Below, one piece after another: positions 50,661 to 64,000 of a DNA stretch of 64,000 nt. Numbering within the stretch: the stretch's first letter is position 1; each line of letters opens with the position of its first letter. Source of the DNA: Balanoglossus misakiensis (taxonomy: Eukaryota; Animalia; Hemichordata); assembly GCA_040954595.2 (NCBI GenBank), contig CM082577.2, positions 2,604,001-2,668,000 of the forward strand. Reading direction: 5' to 3'. Under the pieces are notes generated by a model. That model had not been told where the DNA came from, searched no databases, and saw only the letters and a list, made by a program, of their open reading frames with translations. A program made the position numbers and the translations under genes.

Positions 50661-53600
50661 ATGCCAGAACAACACAGTTTTGGATTGGAGCCAATTTCAT
50701 GCCACTCCTTCAATGGTGACAAATCTCGTAAGTTTTTATTTCTCTCTCTCCCTCCCCTCCAACACTCCTCCTTTTCTGTGAAATTTATTATTGATTTCAA
50801 CTGGAGTTCGTCACACCATCTTCTCTGTCTCTTACAGAACTTGCCTTGTCACCGAACAACCATGAAGTCCACATCTACAAGAAAGTTGGCAATAAGTGGG
50901 ATAAAGCCCATGTCCTGGATGAGGTAGAATGATGATTTGTATAAAGACAAAGCATTGTGTTAACGTCTTAGCTTCAGTTCTGGCCTTCATGTCTTAAAAC
51001 AACAATACTGCCTTTTTCCTGTTTCTTAATCCAATCTTTCTTGTTGTACTCACAGCATAGCCAACGCGTGACTAGTATTGACTGGGCCCCTAACAGCAAC
51101 AGGATTGTTACATGCGGAACCGTGAGTTCATTCTTACACAGTTTGAGTACTACTAACTAGTGTATCTGGTTTTTCTTAAACAACTACATGCCGATATTTT
51201 AAATTATGAATTGTCTCGTTCTTGGTGTATTGCCCCAACCTTTTACTGTCTATGTCCCTTGAAAATACTTTTATTGTGGTCATTTTAGAAGCCAGACCGT
51301 GTTATGATTTGTGGTAAAAATAATTATTTTGTTTTTCTTGTCAGGATCGTAATGCCTACGTGTGGGTCTTGCAAAACAATGAATGGAAACCCACCTTGGT
51401 CATCTTGCGTATCAACCGAGCTGCTACTTTTGTTAGATGGTCTCCAAACGGTAATTTTTATCAGTCTCGCTTTTTGTTGCGTGGCAATGAATCTTTTACC
51501 TTTTTTGTCGTGTCCTCTTCTATGTGAGTAACACTTCGTGTCCATCTGTTTTGATACAGAGGAAAAGTTTGCTGTTGGCAGTGGAGCTCGTCTGGTGTCT
51601 GTGTGTTACTTTGAGCAGGAAAATGACTGGTAGGTACAGTTGGAAGACTCCTCCATGCCGCGAACTTCATGAAGTCCCCAAACCCCATGAGCTTCGACTT
51701 TTTGCATAATTTTTACAATTTTAATTTTAAGCATGAGCCAAACTGTATGGAAGTGAAAATTGTCAAAACTGCATGGCCACCTTAAATATCTGTATAATTC
51801 AATGTTAAGATGTGACAGCATAGATTGTAATATCACGCGACATCACTCATGGGATTTGCAACTCACGCCACTTTTCTGCCTTGCCATGCTTCAGGTGGGT
51901 GAGCAAACACATCAAGAAGCCAATCAGATCAACCGTTACAAGTCTGGACTGGCATCCCAACAACGTCTTGCTCGCCTGCGGATCCACCGACTTCAAAACC
52001 AGGTGAACCTTCAAATCTTGCGATTGGTGTGCCTTCTTGACATTCAGTTTATTTTCTTGGAAACAAGATGGTGGATTTCGGTGACTTGCAGTTCTGTGAA
52101 GATATGCTGAATCAGTGAGCCTCCTCTATTCAAATGCCGACAGACAAACTTTCGTTTTTTTCAAGGCACAAACTTCCAATGCGCTTTTATCACTAACATT
52201 TTTAACACTTTTTGCCTCGCCTCTTAAACATGACAGAGTGTTCTCCGCTTACATCAAGGAAGTGGAATCCAAGCCTTCTGCAACCCCATGGGGAGCGAAG
52301 ATGCCCTTTGGCAACATGATGTTCGAATATGGCAGCGGTGGTACGTAATGCTACTTCTAGCAACGGTTCAGTTTTGCGACTTGGTGTCAGTCGGCCCATG
52401 ATTATGAATTTTACTTTGTTAAAGGAAGTAGAGCCTGTGAGCTTTTGCTCCTTGCTGTTGTTGTAGCGCCCTCTATGATGTGTGTCACAGATACTTTCGT
52501 TTGTTGAAACGATATCTGTGTGGCATGATGTATGCACTAGCACTTGGTCATAATTGTTCAAAGAAATTAATATTTACTTAACCTTTGCATAATCATGAGT
52601 AAAATTTATCAGAGTGAAGTTTACCCTCCACCCCAGTCTACTACTGAGTAATGTGCCTCTCAAATGCAATTCGACCAAAACAATATGATGCCAACCACTT
52701 GATAAATGTTCTCTTCCCAAAGGTGGATGGGTCCATGGCGTGAGCTTCTCGGAGAGCGGCGACAAATTGGCCTGGGTGAGCCACGGCAGCACCGTGCATG
52801 TGGCCAATGCTGCTGCCGGAATGGCAGTGACTGTCCTGAAGACCCAGTTCTTGCCTTTCCTGGCCTGCACCTGGATTACCGAGAACAGCGTTGTGGTCGT
52901 GGTAAGTAAGGTCACATAGTAATCTTCATCATTGCCTAACAATCCCTTCAAAGAAAACCAGACATGGCTTGAATGTGTTTTTCTCATTCTCCTGGTTTTG
53001 TCTCACAGGGGCATGACTGCAACCCTTTACTGTTCAGTCAAGATGCTCAGGGAGCCATTGGATTTGTCAACAAGTTGGACAACAGGGGATCTCAAAAGGA
53101 GTCTGGAAATAAGAGGTAAGCTCTATTGAAGTCAAATGGATGGGGGGGGGGTTCACCTACTGTTTACATGTTGCCACCCTGTAGCAATTTGTCGAAGGGG
53201 GACTAGTGCCCCTGAAACTTTCACTTACATGTTGGAGATTTACATTCCCCCCCCCCCCCCTCCTTGCCTGAGGCTGAGTGGAATCCCCCGACTACTAGTA
53301 TTTCTTATTCTCTGAGTCTTGACTGCTTCGGCTTTTGATCATTCCACTTGGCAGTGCTATGAGGATTTTCCGAGACCTGGACAAGAAAGCCACCACTGAG
53401 AGCAAGACGGAGCAGGACACTGTTCATCAGAATGCCATTACGTAAGTCTTCCTACACTTTTGTGTTTGTGTTTGTGCTGTACTGCACTATACTGTCTGTT
53501 CTGTACTGTTCAAGTAAAAGCTTTGAATTGAAGCATGAGAAAATCTATTGTTGATTCAAAGACCTCTGATTATTGTTGATTTAACTGACTGATATGAAAA

Positions 53601-54049
53601 AAAACTTTATGTCTATTTTTTGCAGGGAGGTTGCTGTGTATGCTGGTAACAAGGGACGTGCTTCCAAGTTTGTAACAACTGGAACTGATGGTAAACTGAT
53701 CATCTGGGATATTAGGGTAAGTATACTAAAGTTATGTAGTGGCCATCTGACAGGTTTTCGCAGTTTTTTTTGTTTAAATTCTGTCCTGTTTTTGTCATGG
53801 AGTTGGATGGGTTCTGTGCAGTTCTGGAAACATGTTCAGCAACAGAATTCACTGGCATCACAATATTCAATCAGCCACATCTGCATGCAGACAAACTGAA
53901 TCGAAGGTCATGACATGTCCAAAGTTCACCTCTTGAGGGCGCATTTCACACTGTTTTCCCACCCACCAAGACCGGATACTAAAACTTGCCTATCACTTTT
54001 GTCTTTTCAGTCCCTGGAGTCTGCCATCGCTGGACTACGCATTGCTTGA
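50661..54049 (+). CDS. ARPC1: Actin-related protein 2/3 complex subunit 1 (WD40), ~12 exons
   Basis: [56 protein letters not shown]...[51 protein letters not shown], ending [12 protein letters not shown]. Confidence 0.96.
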
Positions 54050-55068
54050 GAATGCGCACAGCTCTGTGTTCTAATGGGACCCAACTACGACATCCAGTAG
54101 TGCTAGAAAATTCATACATTTCTGACAATTTCATCATGGGAAGTGGTAATGTTTTGGGGTAATGATTCTCGGTGCCAACAAGACTAAAGAATCGACAGTC
54201 ACAGGATTTTTACAATCAATGATGCTGTTTTGATTATTTTATCATGTAGTGTAGACCATGTTTGTCCTCTAGAAATTTGTTCGCCCTCCTGAGAAAGTAA
54301 GCTCACATAGACAACATCAAGTACTTGGAAAATTCACAAGACATGGTAAAATCCTATCTTTGAACATTTAAACTGGATAGCCTTTTTGAAGAATTACACT
54401 TATCTGGAGAAAAAGTGATGTCCTGATTCAATCTGAAATTAATCTCACAGAAAGTTCTCGAAACTTTCAAAAGAAAAAAAAGTGGTGAAGTATATTTGTT
54501 AGCACAACAACCACAAGACATTCCATGTTTTACTTTTTGCATTTTTACTTGCATTTTACATGTTGGGTCCATTTAAGTTTTTCTAAGAATAAAAAACTCT
54601 GTAAACTGAGAGAATTGACTTATGACTTAACTTGCGTATGGGCTAAATCTGTTTTCACTTTGAACGGGGATGCACCACTTTGATTTTTACAAAACTTCCT
54701 TGGATGAATTCTTGGTAACCCCCCCCCCCCCCCCCAAAAAAGCAAAAAACAACAACAGCTGGATGCACAATGCCTTGTTTTGTGCTGTTCTGATTACATT
54801 AAAAAAGTGTTCTCACCTTGCAGTACTAAGTCAGAAAAAACAGTTACATGTATTTGGTATCATGGAGGTGTTTTATTTCAGACTTAACATACATTTGTAA
54901 CAAGCTTGTCATTTTCATAACCTTCAACATACAGCAGCACAAAAAATACAATTCAGTCAAAATAAACGATAGTGGGTTATTATTTGAAACTCTAGACGTA
55001 CACCAAAATCAAAGTTTTTCTGGGGGAAATGGTGATTTTCAAGGAAAACATTGTATAGGCAGCCAGGT

Positions 55069-56163
55069 TCATTCACTCAGGTTGGCTATTGGTTTCAACG
55101 GCTCAACCCATCTGGATGCCCGTGCCCCCATATGCTCTGGACGTCTATCCCAGGGAGCGTTAAACGGTTTCACCAATTTGTTGTTCACGCTGTTGTAGGA
55201 AAAGAAAAGGGTCATCCGGTCTGATGGCGACAGGTTGTTCTGATTGGCGTGGAGTAAGTTAATGTCGAAGAGGACGATGGACCCTTCTTGGCCCGGGCAG
55301 TACTCGATGCCGTGTTTGCTGACCAGGTCGCCGAGCACGGTTTCGTCGGGGGCGCCGTACACGATCTTGTATTTGGAGGACTTGCTCAGGTTGTCCGCGG
55401 GCGTCGAGGCGGCAGTGGGGATGAACACTTTGTGCGACTCCGGGAGGACCATCAGGCAGCCGTGCTGCGGGGTGTGCGGTCCCAGCATCACGCCGCAGTT
55501 CACCGATCGCATCCGCGGCATGCCGTCCTCGGAGTGGAACGGCTCGAAGTCGGTGTGCCAGGAGTGGCCGGTGCCGACCAGAGCCTGGTGGTAGTTCATT
55601 CGGCTCTGGTGGACGTACAGGTCGTCGGCCAGGATCTGACGCACGCGGGAGAGCAACTTCTCGCTCCTGCTCATCCTTCGCACCTGCTCGAAGTGGAGGT
55701 GCGGCCCGAAGATGCTGCGCAGCTTTGTGGTCGCGGGCTCCGTGGAGAAGATGTTCTCTTCGGTAATCGTCGGATCGTCGCCGTCCACGATGTTGCTCTC
55801 CATCTGGGTTTGGACGCGCTTGAGTTCGTCTTTCAACGGTTTCAGTTCGTCGGCCGTGAAGAGATTCTCGATGATGAGGAAGCCTCTTTCCTCGTAGTGC
55901 CTGAGTTGCTCGGCTGACAGGGGTCCCTCCGCCGAAGTGCCATTCTGGGTCCAGACCACCGGGTCGACTCGTGGCTGCACCTCACACGTGCCACGACGCG
56001 ACGGGTACACGTCTTCCGCGGCTGCGGCCACGGAGCAAAGTGGGCGTATTGCTTCAGCAATTGGCGGCAAAGACCTGCACCGTGAAACGCCAATGGAACT
56101 AGCTTTCACTGAACATCTCAAAACACGGGAGAAAGTACCGCCAACTCTGCCAATGAGTAACAT
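55069..56163 (-). CDS. Ectoine hydroxylase (EctD)-like Fe(II)/2-oxoglutarate dioxygenase, copy A, intronless CDS, N-terminal presequence (364 aa)
   Basis: DVYPSR...RVDPVVW, GPLSAEQLRHYEERGFL, LRSIF, YVHQSRMNY, WHTDFEPFHSEDGMPRMR, TPADN, LFDINLLH, NNLSPSDR, YNSVNNKLVKPF and RPEHM are collinear with bacterial EctD. First ATG at 56163. Confidence 0.9.
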   Translation of the reverse strand: MLLIGRVGGTFSRVLRCSVKASSIGVSRCRSLPPIAEAIRPLCSVAAAAEDVYPSRRGTCEVQPRVDPVVWTQNGTSAEGPLSAEQLRHYEERGFLIIENLFTADELKPLKDELKRVQTQMESNIVDGDDPTITEENIFSTEPATTKLRSIFGPHLHFEQVRRMSRSEKLLSRVRQILADDLYVHQSRMNYHQALVGTGHSWHTDFEPFHSEDGMPRMRSVNCGVMLGPHTPQHGCLMVLPESHKVFIPTAASTPADNLSKSSKYKIVYGAPDETVLGDLVSKHGIEYCPGQEGSIVLFDINLLHANQNNLSPSDRMTLFFSYNSVNNKLVKPFNAPWDRRPEHMGARASRWVEPLKPIANLSE

Positions 56164-57334
56164 CCTTCCCTGCACTTATTGAGTCAACACCTTTCCCCGT
56201 TCTCTCCTGAATCGTGTATGCGCTTGCAAGGGTGTCGTTTCAATTTATCAAGCAAAACAGCTGCCGAGTGTATGTTTCTATATTTAAAAAAATCGGAATT
56301 GGCAATTACTTTTGATCCATGAACCAGATTGGAAACATGTTTATTCACATTTTGTAAACGCAGGAAAAGAGCTGGATGATGAACCACGGGACCAAAATAA
56401 TTCAGACCAAATGCAGTCGTACCCGAAAGATAGCTTAATTGCCTATCAGGCCCGAAAGGGACGATTTCCAATCCCTGGTTCTTGCATTAAAATGTCTGTT
56501 ATATTGCCTTGATTTCCAATCAAAATCCCTTTCAGAGGAGCATTTTTAAACATAATCTACTGTGTCGGTTCGGAAAAAAATATTTGCACAATTTTTCTGA
56601 ACACACAAGAAGTCCGACAATATTCCCACTCAAACTCAATTTGCACACTACACGGGTCTACTGGTACACTTGACGTATAGTGTACTATATTTGCATAATT
56701 TTGGCAATCGGTGTGAGTAGTCATGGCATCGATCGACCGTGGTTTATATTGAGTTGCGATCATTGTTTATGAGGGCGAAATCGTCAGATGAAATTTATCG
56801 TAGATCGTCCATGGCTTCCGTGGTTTCTCACCTTCTCCCAGGCTTCCCGGTAGACTAGCCCACTAGTCGCTTGATTTTTAAATCTCAATTCTTTTGTGTT
56901 TTCGGTGTTTTTTGTCTTAATAAATAATTTCAATACTTTTTGCGTTCATGCTTGCCTTGAGCGTGCTTTTGGTAGTGAGGCGAGTTTCGAATTTTCGACT
57001 GAGCTTGTGGTTTCGGGTAGCGTCGACCAATTGGGCCTACGCATTCCCTACACATACATACAAGCCTACACACGCTGACGTTTACTCCTCACACGGTACA
57101 TAGAGATATTCGGAACAAGTTTATAAAATAATGAAGCACATAGACCTGGAGCAAGGCTAGCTTCCCGGCAGTGTGATACCAATTGAATGCCTGTGTCATT
57201 TTCCATGTGTCGGTGTCGTACACGTACGTACATGCATGCTATCAGCAAGTTTGAATAGCCTATTAATAGTACATGTATTACTAATTTGTAACAATAGCAC
57301 AGGAAGATTTAGGTGTGTGACACCTGGAAGATTT

Positions 57335-57431
57335 TAGTCTGGTCCCCTGCCCCAATCCCACAGCTGGCTGCGCTACGCTTTCCCTTTAGCGTAGCGCAGC
57401 CAGCGGTGGGATTGGGGCAGAGACCAGACTA
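57335..57431. repeat. TAGTCT...AGACTA palindromic MITE-like hairpin
   Basis: TAGTCTGGTCCCCTGCCCCAATCCCACAGCTGGCTGCGCTACGCT...AGCGTAGCGCAGCCAGCGGTGGGATTGGGGCAGAGACCAGACTA. Confidence 0.75.
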
Positions 57432-57955
57432 AGGAATATTGACACTGATGCATGCTGAATACAAATTACTTTCATGTACTGTCTTCCAATGGAGAAATAC
57501 TACATTTGTATCATTAAAACGTTAATAGAATTCGAGTTTGTACTTGTGTAGACAAAATGTTTGCCAATTTGTCCGCCTATACCACTGTCTATAGTATTTA
57601 GTATAGACGTCGCCGTACATCTGATTTTAATCAGAAAGTGTGTTGACCAAGACGTTCACACCTGTGGTTTTATTTCGGCAAAACGCTCTGTTGGAAGGAT
57701 TTGAACCCGGCATGCTTGGTCAGTTTTGGGGCATCGAGACTCGACTTCAAGGACAGTCATTTAGGTCGCGCCATTCTCTTCTTGTCTGTTCATGCCTCAT
57801 GTGCCTCTTTCAATTTACATTTAAAAGCGCAACACGCCCGAATTTGTCTGCACATTAGCATCACATTAGCATCACCCCAAAACCGGTATGAACGCAAATC
57901 ACTAGATACAGTAAGTTGAGGGAAAACAAGCTGGAAACTCGGTAATCTAGCAGAG

Positions 57956-59047
57956 ATGTCACACATAAGCAGAATTGGTATTTTGTGCAGAGTAATGAGT
58001 CACTCGGTCACCGTCAACCTTGGCGTCCGGCACTGCAGAACCCTACCAGCGGCAGTGCGTCCACTTTGCTCTTTGGCGGCAAAGGGAGTTGAAGACGTGT
58101 ACCCGTCGCGCCTGGGCACCTGTAAGGTGCAGCCACGGGCCGACCCGGTGGTCTGGACCCAGAGTGGCACTTCGGCGGAGGGACCTCTGTCAGCCGAGCA
58201 ACTCAGGCACTACGAGGAAAGAGGCTTCCTTGTCATCGACGACGTCTTCACGGCCGACGAGCTGAAACCGCTGAAAGATGAAGTCAATCGCGCGCGATCC
58301 GAGATAGAAAACAGCATCGGGGAGGGCGAAGACCCCACCCTCACGGACGAGAACATCTTCTCTACCGAACCCGCCACAAAATCGCTCCGCAGCATCTTCG
58401 GGCCCCATCTCCATTTCAAGCAGGCCGAGAGACTGACGAGGAGCGAGAATCTGCTCTCCCGCGTGCGACAGATCCTGGCCGACGACTTGTACATCCACCA
58501 GAGCAGGCTGAACTTCCACCAGGCGCTGGTCGGCACCGGCCACTACTGGCACAGTGACTTCGAAATCTTCCACACGGAAGACGGCATGCCGAGGATGCGA
58601 GCCCTGTCGTGCAGCGTCATGCTCGGACCCAACACTCCGCAGCAAGGCTGTCTGATAGTCGTACCCGAGTCCCACAAGGTGTTCATCCCGACTGCGAAAT
58701 CCACACCGGAGGACAACCTGAACAGGTCTTCCAAGTACAAGATCGAGTACGGGGCGCCGGACGAGGCGATCTTCACCGACCTCGTCAGCAAGTTCGGCAT
58801 CGAGTACTGCGCGGGACGAGAAGGGTCTGTCGTTCTGTTTGACATCAACACGCTCCACGCCAATCAGAATAACCTTGCACCATTTGACCGAGCCAACCTG
58901 TTTCTTGTCTACAACAGTGTGAATAACAAATTGGTGAAGCCTTTCAGTGCACCCTGGGATAGGCGTCCAGAGCATATGGGGGCACGGGCACCCAGATGGG
59001 TTGAGCCGTTAAAACCAATTGCCAACCTGTTAGACATGAGCGAATAA
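57956..59047 (+). CDS. Ectoine hydroxylase (EctD)-like Fe(II)/2-oxoglutarate dioxygenase, copy B, intronless CDS, N-terminal presequence (363 aa)
   Basis: Same motifs as copy A: YIHQSRLNF, WHSDFEIFHTEDGMPRMR, LFDINTLH, APFDR, YNSVNNKL. Confidence 0.9.
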   Translation: MSHISRIGILCRVMSHSVTVNLGVRHCRTLPAAVRPLCSLAAKGVEDVYPSRLGTCKVQPRADPVVWTQSGTSAEGPLSAEQLRHYEERGFLVIDDVFTADELKPLKDEVNRARSEIENSIGEGEDPTLTDENIFSTEPATKSLRSIFGPHLHFKQAERLTRSENLLSRVRQILADDLYIHQSRLNFHQALVGTGHYWHSDFEIFHTEDGMPRMRALSCSVMLGPNTPQQGCLIVVPESHKVFIPTAKSTPEDNLNRSSKYKIEYGAPDEAIFTDLVSKFGIEYCAGREGSVVLFDINTLHANQNNLAPFDRANLFLVYNSVNNKLVKPFSAPWDRRPEHMGARAPRWVEPLKPIANLLDMSE

Positions 59048-60774
59048 CCCCGGGTGCCAGGGAGCATATCTTAAAGTTTTAATTTGTCTAAATATCGACA
59101 TTGCTTGTCCTATAATACATGTATTTTGAAACGTTCAGTTATCAACGACATCTTTTTACAGTCGCCTAAATTCGAACATGTTTTCAATCTCCAGCACTTT
59201 CACTCTTCCCAACTGCACATACTGTATAGATCCCTCTGTGGTCATGTGTACCAGATACATATTTGAAGCCTAATGTTTGCCGAGGCGGACAAAAAGGGTC
59301 ATGCCCCGTGTCTAGTCTGGCTTTTCTATTTGTCTGTGCGTGTACTAACGTGATGTTGTAGGGCACGGCGACTTCTTTTACTTCGCGGTACTTTGTACTT
59401 TGTATAAATTCCCGCCTTTTCCCATTGCCATATACATGTAATACACACATAACACGCACAAAATGTCGCGAGTATAGAGGTTTTTCCCCCACAAGATATG
59501 TTTATGTTGTATTTTAGATTTTCGGTCTAACATGAAATTCAGTTCTAGAATCAATAAAGTCAAGACTAATACTAAAAAATTTGTCTTTGTGATATTTATT
59601 CAAGTAAGTTTTTTTTCGTTTGACCTTGTTGGGGAAATTGGCTTCTATTGACAATGTTTCCGAGAATTAATAGTGGAGACCCCTTTCATCAATATCATAG
59701 CCGGATTTCAAACATGCATTTCATGGCTAAGAGCAAGTATATTTTTTTTTTGGGGGGGGGCAACCTAAACTGCACCGTTAATGTTAACTTTGACAGTCAG
59801 CCTTGCAAATTTAGCCATTGTTACCATGAAAGACTTGGCCAATCACGCTTTTCAGTGGGTGGCCATGGCCTCGTGAAAAAAGTGCGCCACCACGTGGTCA
59901 TTAGAACAAGAAGGTACGCCCTTTTGGCTATATACATGCATTTGTAAATCATAGGTTATTGTATTCCTTTTAAACGCTAGCCCATCTACTGCCGTTATTG
60001 CATGACTGAATCTCAGTCGACGTTCTCCCATGTTAAAAGTAATAAAAACAAAAGTATAGGTTGATGTTGAACACTGGAGGCGCTGTGTCAGGCCATATTA
60101 TATGTGGCTGGTGCAGGTGGCCAAGCCAGCGTTATCTCTTTCCTCAACTGTTCGCACTCAAACTGATTAAACTTTCACCAAGTTGATGAGATGAATGCAA
60201 GAAGAGCATGTCAAAGTGTTCATGCTTGGCTTCTGAAGATCGACACAGACAGAACTTCTGTAATTCTCGGGGAAGGCCAAACAATCCCCCACAAAAACTT
60301 GTATCACAGGATTTTACCTCACCATACTGGCGGCATTCATGAAGTCCTTTGTGAAACGGCAAATAAATGAAACAGAACTCAAAACTGCAAATCTTTGCTA
60401 AATAAAGATTTTTATTTCTCATTATTATGGCAAGACACCGAGTTTGCCGGAATGTAAGTTTAGTTAGGTCATTTTGAAGATTAGTTCTCGGAACTTCAGC
60501 TGCACTTTCTTGTGATGGTGACCCTACTGATGTCCTGCTTCCTAAGGCTAAAGCATGCCCCACCCTCCCCTCCTATTTCCTGAGTATATGGGTCCATCCC
60601 ATTGAATACAACGGGACTTTACCAAGTTGTGGAAGCAAAGAGGTTAAGAGGTTTTTATGATTGGTTTCTCTCTATCAGCTGCTCCTTTGACCAATGTATT
60701 CTTGTGTGTTATGCAATTAGATTACTGTAAACCCATTTAACCCCCAACGTATAAAAGCACAGAAATCTATAGTC

Positions 60775-63795
<3,021 letters not shown>

Positions 63796-64000
63796 GCTTG
63801 CAGTTGTCAATGGATTTTCAATTCAATCTAATGAACAGTATAGAGAAAACACAAACAAGTTAGTATTAAAGCTCCATTAGCTGCAACTTTTCGCTGTGTT
63901 TTCAGTATTTTTGTTTTGTTGTTCAAATATTCCTGAAACATAATAAAAAATGCCCAGCATCTAGATTATCAACACAACATATATATGTATAGTCAACCTT

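Noticed and set aside
55244-58975. Long antisense or alternate-frame ORFs over the EctD-like genes (e.g. 58190-58975, 55288-55917)
   Set aside because: These are shadow ORFs caused by high GC3 codon bias and show no recognisable domains.
55069-59047. Bacterial contaminant contig
   Set aside because: There is no operon context or other bacterial gene, the flanks are AT-rich with host-type repeats and intron-containing animal genes, and the proteins carry eukaryote-type presequences. Read-level confirmation is still needed.

Overview
Animal genomic DNA with GT-AG introns and a stem-loop histone gene; the gene content suggests a marine invertebrate, possibly a deuterostome (inference only). In order, the window holds: a 5'-truncated LINE, MITEs, a TIR-domain ORF (-), two tandem 4-exon MOLO-1/TPM-domain membrane-protein genes (-), ASPSCR1/TUG (-), SMPDL3-like phosphodiesterase (+), an intronless ankyrin-SOCS box gene (+), a solitary divergent histone H2A (+), MPST (-) head-to-head with ARPC1 (+), two divergently oriented bacterial-type ectoine hydroxylase (EctD)-like genes with intronless CDSs and mitochondrial-type presequences, and mu-crystallin/ketimine reductase (CRYM, -). 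The right end is the most interesting part. The probably horizontally acquired EctD-like pair has a remodelled substrate motif, and it sits beside a CRYM gene with two tandem 151-nt versions of its substrate-binding exon 2 that cannot both be included in frame. This hints at an undescribed cyclic imino-acid or osmolyte pathway. Exon boundaries were read by eye from splice signals and frame continuity.
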